A stretch of 64,000 nt of DNA from Bacilli bacterium. GTDB lineage: Bacteria > Bacillota_I > Bacilli_A > RFN20 > CAG-826. The translations under genes and the position numbers were made by a program. Positions 26,004 through 34,781 of the stretch are shown here, piece by piece (the first letter of the stretch is position 1; every line of letters starts with the position of its first letter). The stretch spans positions 256,711 to 320,710 of the forward strand of contig JAGAYY010000025.1 of NCBI GenBank assembly GCA_017940265.1, read 5' to 3'. The notes beneath the pieces were generated by a model, which was not told the origin of the DNA, made no database searches, and saw only the letters and a list, made by a program, of their open reading frames with translations.

Positions 26004-26226
26004 AAACCCACATTGCTATATAACATCCTAGGAAATTAGTTGACGCCGCTATAATAATCGAAACTAGCAGGTCAGTCTCAGATATAAATTTAACTACTAC
26101 TGCTGAGAATGTATAACAAATACAATTCATCAGTGAGGCTATTAATTTTCCTGACTTAACAACTAAGAGGGTTCTGAAAATATGTAAGAAAACATTAATG
26201 AATGATATAATTATAAACCAAACCAT
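25981..26226 (-). CDS. small multi-pass membrane protein
   Basis: 81 aa, 3 hydrophobic helices. Confidence 0.55.
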   Translation of the reverse strand: MVWFIIISFINVFLHIFRTLLVVKSGKLIASLMNCICYTFSAVVVKFISETDLLVSIIIAASTNFLGCYIAMWVFEKVQHE

Positions 26227-26332
26227 TCTTTTCTTTTAATAATTTTCATATATTTGTTTCTTTTTCATGTTAAAAATAAATGGAGGAGAGGGACTTAATC
26301 AATAAATCCCTTCCCCTTCATTAATAAGGCAT

Positions 26333-27397
26333 TCAGAGCTTACACCCTAGGATAGCCTTAGTTAATAGGTCAATAGCTCCTCCAATATCCCTCCAATCCA
26401 TAGTCTCAACAGGTGTATGCATTGATAGAAGAGGAAGACTAAGAAGTGTAGTCTCAGCATCAGCACTCTCTAAGTAGAATTTAGCTGTATTTGTTCCACC
26501 TATTCTTGAGACTGAATCTTGTGTCTTAATTTCTCCTTCTACGGCGACTTTTCGGAGGAGAGAGTTTAGGCGACGAGATTTATCTTGGCCATACTCGAGT
26601 ACAACTCCAGAGCCAAGTTTTATGTCGCCATACTTTTCCTCCGGGTATTGACCGCCGTGATTAGCATGAGTAACATCTAGGTCTATTGAAATATCGGGAT
26701 TGATCTGATGTGCGGCTCGATGTGCTCCTAACAAACCAGATTCTTCACCAGTACAAGCAAGTCCTATGATAGTATACTTAGTTTCCCATTCTCCAGAGCA
26801 AGCAGACAGGTTACGTAAAACTTCGGATACTACGAAAACACCCGCCTTATCATCTAGGGAATTACCATGAAGCTTAGTCTTACCAAATTCTAAATTTATA
26901 TGACGGCCAGGAACTATCAATGAACCAACCCGTATTCCATATTCCTCTATAACTTCTTCTTTAGATTCGGCTCCAATATCAATTCTCATATCGTCTAGGT
27001 CATAAGCTTTCTCCTTAAGTTTCTCTTCTCCGTATTCTATATGTATGGCTGGTTTATGCACTACGCCTTCTACGGTACCACCCATTACATCATAACCTTT
27101 CATTACCAAGACATTCCGACCTGGGAGCACTTTTTTATCAATACCACCCATTCCGGTTGGCACTAAGAATCCGTCTTTAGTTATAAATCTAACTGCCATA
27201 CAAATTTCATCGATATGGCCGGACAATAATATCTTAGTTGGTCCAGTTCCTAACGAAAAAGCTAAGTTGCCAGATTTATCTTGATAATAACGATTTCCTA
27301 TTGTACTCATCTCATCCTCCCACGCTTTCAGTCCTAAGGTTTCGAGACCACTGGGAGTAGGAGTCTCTAGGAGTTTCTTTAAGAATTGTTTTTGCAT
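26333..27397 (-). CDS. M42-family metallo-aminopeptidase (FrvX/YsdC/PepA-like)
   Basis: LLETPTPSG.., GHIDEICMAV, LDDKAGVFV, CTGEESGLLGA, SMHTPVE: the canonical M42 metal-ligand blocks in order. Confidence 0.9.
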   Translation of the reverse strand: MQKQFLKKLLETPTPSGLETLGLKAWEDEMSTIGNRYYQDKSGNLAFSLGTGPTKILLSGHIDEICMAVRFITKDGFLVPTGMGGIDKKVLPGRNVLVMKGYDVMGGTVEGVVHKPAIHIEYGEEKLKEKAYDLDDMRIDIGAESKEEVIEEYGIRVGSLIVPGRHINLEFGKTKLHGNSLDDKAGVFVVSEVLRNLSACSGEWETKYTIIGLACTGEESGLLGAHRAAHQINPDISIDLDVTHANHGGQYPEEKYGDIKLGSGVVLEYGQDKSRRLNSLLRKVAVEGEIKTQDSVSRIGGTNTAKFYLESADAETTLLSLPLLSMHTPVETMDWRDIGGAIDLLTKAILGCKL

Positions 27398-27498
27398 ATT
27401 TCTCTCATTATATTAATTACTTCATCTTCCATAATACCATTTCTTCGAGCAATACTTGAAATTGCTCTCATAATATCCTTAGCTGCCTCGTCGTTCAT
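27379..27498 (-). CDS. possible 39-aa protein (below ORF-track cutoff)
   Basis: Own translation MNDEAAKDIMRAISSIARRNGIMEDEVINIMREICKNNS*; fills the 100-nt gap upstream of the M42 gene. Confidence 0.3.
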   Translation of the reverse strand: MNDEAAKDIMRAISSIARRNGIMEDEVINIMREICKNNS

Positions 27499-27499
27499 T

Positions 27500-27709
27500 T
27501 TAGTGATAGTGATTTTCTATAGTATGATGTTCTCCGCAATTAGGACAAACTACCCATTTTTTATACCACCCAGAATTACCAGGACCTAGGATACCATTAT
27601 TCCAAGAATCTTCTCTAGTGTCAGATTGTAGATAAGCAAACTCACACCCACATTTTTTACAAATTACTACCTTTTCTTCGGTAGGATTAGGATTATTGAT
27701 TATTCTCAT
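27500..27709 (-). CDS. zinc-ribbon protein
   Basis: CKKCGC..CPNCGEHH. Confidence 0.6.
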   Translation of the reverse strand: MRIINNPNPTEEKVVICKKCGCEFAYLQSDTREDSWNNGILGPGNSGWYKKWVVCPNCGEHHTIENHYH

Positions 27710-27932
27710 AATATAGTTTTTTATTCTTATTAACTAAAACAAAATGTTCCTTAAAAGATTCGAGCGTCTCTAGATCATCTGTCCAATAATGTGTCTTAGT
27801 TCCATCCTCATTAGTAAGACAATCTTGAACTTCGCATATATAGATTTTTCCTTTTAGATAGAGTACATCACCAGTATCCATCTTAACATCTTTTATGCAT
27901 TTAACCTTATCTCCAGGAATTAGTGTAAACAT
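27693..27932 (-). CDS. hypothetical protein with 'KDVxM..C(L)T(N/D)EDG' module
   Basis: GDKVKCIKDVKMDTGDVLYLKGKIYICEVQDCLTNEDGTKTHYW. Confidence 0.6.
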   Translation of the reverse strand: MFTLIPGDKVKCIKDVKMDTGDVLYLKGKIYICEVQDCLTNEDGTKTHYWTDDLETLESFKEHFVLVNKNKKLYYENNQ

Positions 27933-28455
27933 CTAGTAATCGTAGAATTCCTGCCTCAATTGCTTCCTCCGGGATATTATACAAGAAACCACCAGAATGA
28001 TTTTGGCAATTATACATAAATTTTCCTTCCTTCGAGATCGCTTCAATCCAGATCCCATATCTTTTCCATACCCAAGAAATAGCTACCCAAATTGATGGAG
28101 CAAGGATTAGGTCTGGTTCAGAATTATCATACCTGATTTGTGCATCTTCGAAAGTTCCATCCTGATAATACACAGTATAGAGCTCAGACTTAAATCCCAG
28201 CTCTTTTAATAACTTAGAAACCTTAAAAGAACAGTAACTTTCTTTTACTTTCACTTCCGGAGGAACAGACTTACAGAAGAAAGAATCGAAGTAGAAAACG
28301 TTACTCCAATGATGATCTTTGTTTCCATCTTCATCCGTCAGGCATCCATCCATTTCAGAGATATATGTAGTACCTTTTCGATAGGCGATGTCCTTCGGAT
28401 TACCATTCATACACACATCTTTATAGCATAACCATCTATCTCCGACTTTAATCAT
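27907..28455 (-). CDS. hypothetical protein with 'KDVxM..C(L)T(N/D)EDG' module
   Basis: GDRWLCYKDVCMNGNPKDIAYRKGTTYISEMDGCLTDEDGNKDHHW. Confidence 0.7.
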   Translation of the reverse strand: MIKVGDRWLCYKDVCMNGNPKDIAYRKGTTYISEMDGCLTDEDGNKDHHWSNVFYFDSFFCKSVPPEVKVKESYCSFKVSKLLKELGFKSELYTVYYQDGTFEDAQIRYDNSEPDLILAPSIWVAISWVWKRYGIWIEAISKEGKFMYNCQNHSGGFLYNIPEEAIEAGILRLLDVYTNSWR

Positions 28456-29312
28456 AATTTTCTGAGATCAATTCTTTGTCCACGTTTTCCACCAGAGATA
28501 CATGGAGATAGGGAAAACCATTCTTGAAGATCTTTAGCAGCAGGAGTACGATCAGGGAAACCACATCTAATATATATTTCCTTTAATCTCTCCTTAACTC
28601 CTGAAGCTCCATCTAATAATTCTTCCCCCAGCCTAAATTCCTTGTACACCTCAGAAGCTAGGTCTGGATATTCTGGACCTATGGTTTCGTCCGGTCTGCA
28701 AAATTCAGGCTCTTCTCGATTACCTACCTCCTTAGATTCACCCATATACCTAAGGTGCTCTTGAATCCACTCCGGTAATAAACTCACAGCAGAATCAGTG
28801 GTCAATCCTTCCCGAGCAAGTTCTAGTTTCTTATAAGTGGTCGGCAGGATAGAAATTTTACGCAGTACTTCTTTTTCTGCCGACGATAATCCTAGAAACT
28901 TATTTGCTGCTCGGAGATTATCGACCCCAACTAAATCGGTGAGGTAATTTTCGGAGTCTATAGTATACAAAATCTCATAATCCAGAGTCTTATTTTCCCA
29001 ACTCCTTCCCAATATCCTCAGGGCACCAAGAACTTCAGATACTCGTCTCTCATGTTCTCTCTCCGACACTCTCCTAAGCTCTGTTACCCCTTTCCATTCT
29101 ATCAAGCCGGGAAGTTCTGTAAGTAAGGAGAGTTTATAATAGTCGGTAGTTTTGATCCCTAGATATTTCCAAGGCCTTAGGTTGGCTCGAATTCTATCAG
29201 AGAGTTCTAACTCCGGGAATGTATATAGTAACTCCGTTCTTCCCAGGTCAAATTCTCTTCTAGGTTCTTCAGATAAATATACTAAATCTTTCTTTTTTAT
29301 AACCCTAATCAT
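28452..29312 (-). CDS. hypothetical protein sharing the C-terminal module of the two SF2-like proteins
   Basis: C-terminus VYKEF..LKEIYIRCGF..AAKDLQEWFSL..GGKRGQRI aligns with ..LKDIYEKLGY..AKNLENYFNL.. (paralog 1) and ..IRKIYSELGM..ATDLNNYFVF.. (paralog 2). First gene of the minus arm. Confidence 0.75.
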   Translation of the reverse strand: MIRVIKKKDLVYLSEEPRREFDLGRTELLYTFPELELSDRIRANLRPWKYLGIKTTDYYKLSLLTELPGLIEWKGVTELRRVSEREHERRVSEVLGALRILGRSWENKTLDYEILYTIDSENYLTDLVGVDNLRAANKFLGLSSAEKEVLRKISILPTTYKKLELAREGLTTDSAVSLLPEWIQEHLRYMGESKEVGNREEPEFCRPDETIGPEYPDLASEVYKEFRLGEELLDGASGVKERLKEIYIRCGFPDRTPAAKDLQEWFSLSPCISGGKRGQRIDLRKL

Positions 29313-29355
29313 AAAATCTTTATCAATATTAAGGAAAAGACGGCAAAATTAGACC

Positions 29356-29417
29356 AAAAATCCCAAAAAATCCTTGAAAAATTGTCGGAATCCCTTATCC
29401 TATGAAGTAATATCAAG
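29356..29417 (+). promoter_or_regulatory. conserved intergenic element, copy 1 (phased A-tracts + TTGTCGGAATCCCTTATCCTATGAAGT)
   Basis: About 80% identical without gaps to 47711-47773; lies in the divergent control region. Confidence 0.5.
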
Positions 29418-29554
29418 TCGAGGTAAGTATATTATTTCAGGGATAGACTAGTGTTCCAGGAGTTGGGAAAGGAGATCTAACGGGTGGAATCTCGTCTTGA
29501 TCACTCCGACTGCCTTGGAACCAGTCTTCCCTTCTTTTTAATTTTCTAAATACT

Positions 29555-30043
29555 ATGATAAAAGAATTATTATTGTTAATTTGGATTTTTATTATTGATT
29601 ATCCAAGGAAACATAGACTCTTAGATATTCACCCAGAAACTAAGTATTTTCCTATCGGAAAAACTAAAGAGAGAATGTGGGCAGGTTATGTAATTCATAG
29701 AGGAGAGTTTGAGCAGTGGTATGATAATAGAGTTAGGTGGCTTCATTTAAACATACATCTCGCCCAAGCCAGAACACACCATGTTACTTGGATTGGTTGG
29801 TACTTAGATTATTTCTTTGAAACATTGATAGGAGCACTTTACCTATCATCCTGGAAAGGTGGCTCTCTAACAAACCGATATGAAGTCGAAGCATTATCTA
29901 ATGAGGATGACATGTACTATCTCTCTAACTATAATTCAGAGAGTATCAAGAGATATAGAATTCCACTATCCCAGAGAAAAGAATTATGGGAATCAGTTGG
30001 AAAAGATAAAACCAAACTAAAAGAATTAATTAAGTCAATATGA
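29555..30043 (+). CDS. hypothetical protein (HExxH-less paralog of 34781-35272)
   Basis: ..W.GWYLDYFFETL..RYEVEAL..DDMYY aligns with ..WIKYYWGYLIEWL..KYEVEAY..DDTY. Confidence 0.7.
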   Translation: MIKELLLLIWIFIIDYPRKHRLLDIHPETKYFPIGKTKERMWAGYVIHRGEFEQWYDNRVRWLHLNIHLAQARTHHVTWIGWYLDYFFETLIGALYLSSWKGGSLTNRYEVEALSNEDDMYYLSNYNSESIKRYRIPLSQRKELWESVGKDKTKLKELIKSI

Positions 30044-30504
30044 TATTAATAAGAACATTCTCGAAAACTTGGGAATCTCTTAAGACTCCTGAGGAACGCT
30101 CCAAGAAAGCTAAAGAACTTCTTGAGGCTAGAAAGAAAATCAACACCAGAAAAGAAAACCTTAAGACTAAATACGCCGAAGATTTAGAGAAAGCGGGTCT
30201 TGGTGAATTGAAAGGCAAAGATGGTAAACGAATTAATACCAGAGGCGTTGATGAAAAATTTAAATCTGATATGGCTGATCTGAAGAGATATCAAGAATCT
30301 ATTCAGGATACCACCAAACGCAAACCTTCCTTCAAACCTAAAACCACCCCTAAAATAAACCCTGAGACTCTCAAAAAAGTAGGTAAGGGAGCAGGAGTTG
30401 TTGCCGGAGTAGTGGGAGCTGGTCTGGCTGGAAAAGCTGTTTATAAGAAAGTAAAAAATAAGAAGAGAGAAAATGAAGTTCGTGGGAGGTTTAATACAAA
30501 ATGA
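30040..30504 (+). CDS. leader-bearing basic protein with Gly/Ala-rich hydrophobic segment
   Basis: N-terminus MILIRTFS; GKGAGVVAGVVGAGLAGKAVY. Confidence 0.7.
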   Translation: MILIRTFSKTWESLKTPEERSKKAKELLEARKKINTRKENLKTKYAEDLEKAGLGELKGKDGKRINTRGVDEKFKSDMADLKRYQESIQDTTKRKPSFKPKTTPKINPETLKKVGKGAGVVAGVVGAGLAGKAVYKKVKNKKRENEVRGRFNTK

Positions 30505-30884
30505 GTATCTTAGTTAAAAATATAATCCGTGGGTCTAAATGTCCAGAGGAGAGATCCTATCAGGCTATATCTATCGGCTTAGACACTAAACCAGACTCTT
30601 ACCTAATCCTGGCGGAGGACGGATATTACCCTAAGACCTTCAACCTGCATTTTCATGGGATACACCTTCTCTCAGAATATGAAGTGGACTCTGTATTAGA
30701 TGCTCTAGTTGCATATCTTCAACCAGGTACTTACTTAGCTAGAGCAGGAGAATCAATCCCAGAGGAGCATGGATGGTGGATGAAACTAACCTATAAGCTT
30801 GAGGAAACAACAGCTATCCGGGTTCTTCATTCTAGATACAACCACTTAGAAAAAACATATTGGAATATACTTAAGAAACAATGA
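30501..30884 (+). CDS. hypothetical protein
   Basis: 127-aa ORF, ATGA-coupled to both neighbours. Confidence 0.65.
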   Translation: MSILVKNIIRGSKCPEERSYQAISIGLDTKPDSYLILAEDGYYPKTFNLHFHGIHLLSEYEVDSVLDALVAYLQPGTYLARAGESIPEEHGWWMKLTYKLEETTAIRVLHSRYNHLEKTYWNILKKQ

Positions 30885-31615
30885 TTACGCAAGTTCCATA
30901 CACCAAAGAAAACGTTGAGAGATATAAATCTTCGGATAATCTTCTCCGACATGCTAGAACTAAAGGATGTGATGGGATAATTCTGGTGGATGGAACTAAA
31001 CTCGTCGGCTATGTGGGTTGGGAAAAGAACTGGATTATTTCTCTCGAAGTTTCTAGTGATTATCGCTCCAAGGGTTTCGGCGGTAAATTACTCGACAAAG
31101 CTATTAAGAAAGGTTGCAACGGTCTAACTGTCGATTTTGAGAATACCGTTGCTATTTCATTATATAAGTCGAGAGGATTTATAACCGCCGGATGGATTGG
31201 AGCGGATAGGATAAATATGGTTAAGGTGGATTCATTTTTCCTGGTTTCTGCTACACCAAAGTTAAAAACGGCAGAACCTAAGGTAAAAGTGTATAAAACA
31301 ATCGAAGACGCAATAACCGGAAGATACCTAGACCAGAACCTAACCGGAAAGACATTAACCGTTTATTTTCCAAGAACAAAACTAAATCCGGAATCTCTCC
31401 TTAAACCTTCCCTCACTGACTGTCCATATGGTTTAGTGGTTGATGAATATTGGTACCTCAGAGATATGGATGTGATAGAAATCAGTACCATCCGAATCGA
31501 CCAGGAGATAGGAACCATCTCATATCACACTGGCCCTAGATCATCCCTCAAGCGTATAAAAAGATGGAGATGGCACGAAGAATTAAAGGGATGGGAGAAA
31601 ACTAAATTATTATGA
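30881..31615 (+). CDS. GNAT-family N-acetyltransferase with C-terminal extension
   Basis: ..ISLEVSSDYRSKGFGGKLLDKAI..ISLYKSRGF (GNAT motif A). Confidence 0.7.
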   Translation: MITQVPYTKENVERYKSSDNLLRHARTKGCDGIILVDGTKLVGYVGWEKNWIISLEVSSDYRSKGFGGKLLDKAIKKGCNGLTVDFENTVAISLYKSRGFITAGWIGADRINMVKVDSFFLVSATPKLKTAEPKVKVYKTIEDAITGRYLDQNLTGKTLTVYFPRTKLNPESLLKPSLTDCPYGLVVDEYWYLRDMDVIEISTIRIDQEIGTISYHTGPRSSLKRIKRWRWHEELKGWEKTKLL

Positions 31616-31684
31616 GAATTAAACGTAAACATATTCCACCTACTCTAGATGATGTGATAATTAGGGTAATCAAGAAACGCCGCC

Positions 31685-31927
31685 ATGAAGATAAAGAGAA
31701 ATAACTATATAATAGGACTCGGGAAACAAAGAATCAAAGGTATGAAACCCGCACAAATCAAATTCCTAGATTCAAATCTCAAGTCTGTCAATGAATGGAT
31801 AAGCCCTGGGAAATATAACTCCCTTAAGGTTAACCACTCAAAAGAATCGACCCTCAAGAGAATTGGTCGGGCAGAATCAACTAAGATGAGTGAACCCGAA
31901 TTCTCTAAGGCGATTGAAAAACTTTAA
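31685..31927 (+). CDS. hypothetical basic protein
   Basis: 80 aa, N-terminus MKIKRNNY. A 30-aa ORF (31612-31704, MRIKRKHIPP..) overlaps its start. Confidence 0.5.
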   Translation: MKIKRNNYIIGLGKQRIKGMKPAQIKFLDSNLKSVNEWISPGKYNSLKVNHSKESTLKRIGRAESTKMSEPEFSKAIEKL

Positions 31928-32156
31928 TTATTTAATAACATGTGTACAACTAAAATTTGCAAGAAAGCCGGAAAATTATTGGTTAAACCATTGAAGTGGT
32001 ATATCAGAACTTCGGCTAGGAACTATGAGAACATGTTTGGTGAGAATCTTCAGTATGTTAGATTCTGGATGTAAAAACATGTATTTTTAGAGATGTAAAA
32101 CACAGAGAGTGCCTAGGAAACGCTTAGGGTATACCACTCTCGTGTTGGTGGTGTTG

Positions 32157-32164
32157 TACATTTG
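32157..32164 (+). promoter_or_regulatory. Bacteroidota-type -7 promoter box (TAnnTTTG)
   Basis: TACATTTG lies 13 nt upstream of the lipoprotein ATG, after a 250-nt non-coding gap and a 7-bp hairpin (32104-32140). Confidence 0.35.
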
Positions 32165-32176
32165 TGACAAACTAAA

Positions 32177-33883
32177 ATGAAGAAAATAATACTATTAATC
32201 TTAACTACTCTTCTTCTCATTGGCTGTATCAAAGGTCCTGAATATAATGAGTCCGAGGTAGTTAAGGGAAATATAGAAAATATATTTGGGAATACTTTTG
32301 ATCCTGAACATGATTGGAGCAGCATAGTCTCTGGAGAAATTACGGTAACTCCACTTTCAGGATCAACAGAAATCCAGATATTAGCTTATACAGAAGATGG
32401 GACTCTTAAGATATTAACTAAATCAGAAGGAAATTCAGAAACAAAACTTAAGTATGATGCTCCTAATACAATGATAGCTCTTTTTGTAGCTTGTATCTCT
32501 GAAGGTGGTGGTTATTATATAAAAGAAATAAAACCTACAGATAAGATAGTTTCTTTTCTTATGCCATTATCAACAAGAGCTATAACTCGTAGTAGTATGG
32601 ATGGGAGTAAAAGACTAACTATAATTGGAAGTGAAATATCCTATGAAACTCAGCGTGGATATCCTGGGTTTGAGTCTGAGATATTATATCAGTTTAATTC
32701 AGTCCCTTATACTGTTTCTAATTATGATCTTTCCACCTTAGTAATCCTGAGGTCTATTATATTTACTTATCTTCCAAATGGTAGAAAATATAATAATCTA
32801 CCTCAAATAAAAGAAAGTGGTTATTATAATGAAAACTGTTATGCTATCACAACCGGAAAAGAACCTATCATAGTTTCACCTATTTATAAGAATGATGGTG
32901 GATATCATGAGGTAGAAACTTGTGAACTATATTACTATTATTTCAAGGATCCAGAAACTGATATTAAATCCCTTCCTAAGTATAGACTAATTAAACTTAA
33001 CGAATGTATTAAAGGTGATGATGTCCTAGAAAAGCATTGTTCATATAAACTTGTCTATTGGAAGAAAGATGGAACTGGCACTTATGATTTCCCTCCTGGA
33101 TATAAGATTGGGTTTATGTTAAGGAGTAATTATAAGAATGACGTTAAGAAAGGTGAACTCTATTTTGATGGACGTCTAAATACTGAAATCAATAAACATG
33201 GCCATTTTGCTTCCTCTAAGTTAGGTCCAGTAGATCCCAGAATGTGTTGGTTAAGTATAAATCATATGATGCTAATGTGTTGTGAAGGAGGAACGGATTC
33301 AGATTTCAACGACGTAATTCTAGAGGTCTCAGGTGGCGTAGAGCCAATTGAAATTCCTATCACACCTGAATACAATTCTTATACTTTTCTTTTCGAGGAT
33401 CAACTTTTAGGTGACTATGACATGAATGATGTTGTACTTAAGGCAGAAAGATTAAGTGACACTAAAATTAAATATTCACTTTTGGCTTGCGGAGCCTGTG
33501 ATGAACTATATCTTAGAAACTTAGGAGGTAAGGTATTAAATGAAGGTACCGAAATTCATAGGATCTTAGGCTCGGAGGGATTTATTAATACTGTTTCTAA
33601 GAGCATAGAACCTATTACAGAAATTATAACAGTACCTAAGACGTTTAGTTTTAATAATTTGGACGAACAGGTTTATATATATAATAAAACAACCAACCGT
33701 GAAATCAGGATGTCCCAAAAAGGGCAAGATCCTCACGGCATAATGATCCCCACAGATTTCAAATGGCCTAAGGAGAAAATATGTATTAAAGATGCCTACC
33801 TCGGATTTGGATCTTGGGGACATAATAAAATCGATAGCATCGGATGGTACTTAAGTCCGGTGGAAAATAATGTAATAAAATGA
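32177..33883 (+). CDS. surface lipoprotein with LruC/DUF4842-type C-terminal domain
   Basis: Signal plus lipobox LLLIGC. FEDQLLGDYDMNDVVLK and DSDFNDVILEV match the D-x-D-[FYM]-N-D-[VL]-V signature of LruC-domain proteins. Confidence 0.8.
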   Translation: MKKIILLILTTLLLIGCIKGPEYNESEVVKGNIENIFGNTFDPEHDWSSIVSGEITVTPLSGSTEIQILAYTEDGTLKILTKSEGNSETKLKYDAPNTMIALFVACISEGGGYYIKEIKPTDKIVSFLMPLSTRAITRSSMDGSKRLTIIGSEISYETQRGYPGFESEILYQFNSVPYTVSNYDLSTLVILRSIIFTYLPNGRKYNNLPQIKESGYYNENCYAITTGKEPIIVSPIYKNDGGYHEVETCELYYYYFKDPETDIKSLPKYRLIKLNECIKGDDVLEKHCSYKLVYWKKDGTGTYDFPPGYKIGFMLRSNYKNDVKKGELYFDGRLNTEINKHGHFASSKLGPVDPRMCWLSINHMMLMCCEGGTDSDFNDVILEVSGGVEPIEIPITPEYNSYTFLFEDQLLGDYDMNDVVLKAERLSDTKIKYSLLACGACDELYLRNLGGKVLNEGTEIHRILGSEGFINTVSKSIEPITEIITVPKTFSFNNLDEQVYIYNKTTNREIRMSQKGQDPHGIMIPTDFKWPKEKICIKDAYLGFGSWGHNKIDSIGWYLSPVENNVIK

Positions 33884-34230
33884 AAATTATACGACTTAAA
33901 CAATTCTCTAAGAAAGAGGATGCTGCTAAAACTGCTGCTGTTGCTGGGTCTGTAGTTGGGCTTGGTGGTGCAGCTACTTCTCTCGGTGCTAAGGTTGCCG
34001 AACAGAAGACACAAAAAGATATTGCCGATGCTCTTAAGAAAATCACAGGCAATGAAACCGGTATTAAAGGAAAGAAAGCCCTCTTAGACAAGGCTTCCGA
34101 GCTCAGCAAGAAAAAGGGCCTATTAGAGAAGATAGGTAAAAAGGCTGGCAAAATTGGTAAAGTAGGTCTTGGTGTATCTGTTGCAGGTGGAGCTACCTAT
34201 AAGGCTCTTAAGAAAAACGACAAGAAATGA
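33880..34230 (+). CDS. leader-bearing Gly/Ala-rich protein
   Basis: MKIIRLKQFS; AAVAGSVVGLGGAATSLGA; VGLGVSVAGGA. Confidence 0.7.
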   Translation: MKIIRLKQFSKKEDAAKTAAVAGSVVGLGGAATSLGAKVAEQKTQKDIADALKKITGNETGIKGKKALLDKASELSKKKGLLEKIGKKAGKIGKVGLGVSVAGGATYKALKKNDKK

Positions 34231-34781
34231 AGAAAACCATTTTATCTATATTAGCATTTGTTTTGATCTTAGGTGGTATTATACTATATTGTGTAGTCAA
34301 CAGTCCTAAGCAGCAGAAACTTGTGTTAGAAAATACGATATCGTTAGATCGTGAGAGTATGTATTTAATAGATAGTACATATTTCTGGTATGAATCACAG
34401 ATCGAACTTAAAGATATGATGAGTGATTCTCTATCTACCGATACTATTATATCTATTAGGAATATATTTCAGGATACAATTCCTAAGGTCTATATCTACA
34501 TACATACTTTTGGTGTAGATAGTGTTAGATTAAGTGTACGAGATGATTTCGTTGTTGGGGATTCTGATATGAGTAGTGATTCAATTAAAGTAACGTTCGA
34601 TAAGGCTTTCCAGTTAATGAAAAACTCAGGTCTCTATATTCCCAATAGTAGATATTGTACCCTTAGAAAGGAAGTAGGCTCTAAAGAAGCTAATCCACAA
34701 TACATCTTTGGAAACGATAAAGTTCAGATCTATGTTGATGCTGTGACAGGTAACGTCTCCGATACAAATCCCGCTTATTAA
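34227..34781 (+). CDS. membrane-anchored protein
   Basis: N-terminal TM ILSILAFVLILGGIILYCVV. Confidence 0.7.
   Translation: MKKTILSILAFVLILGGIILYCVVNSPKQQKLVLENTISLDRESMYLIDSTYFWYESQIELKDMMSDSLSTDTIISIRNIFQDTIPKVYIYIHTFGVDSVRLSVRDDFVVGDSDMSSDSIKVTFDKAFQLMKNSGLYIPNSRYCTLRKEVGSKEANPQYIFGNDKVQIYVDAVTGNVSDTNPAY

Noticed and set aside
32113-32325. 70-aa minus-strand ORF overlapping the lipoprotein gene start
   Set aside because: Antisense to a well-supported signal peptide/lipobox and to the promoter box. No coupling to any minus-strand gene.
33786-34151. Ala/Pro/Ser-rich antisense ORFs opposite Gly/Ala-rich genes (33786-34151, 57744-58070, 62009-62209)
   Set aside because: They are mirror images of GGT/GCT-rich sense codons. 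The sense genes carry the conserved leader and sit in coupled gene trains.
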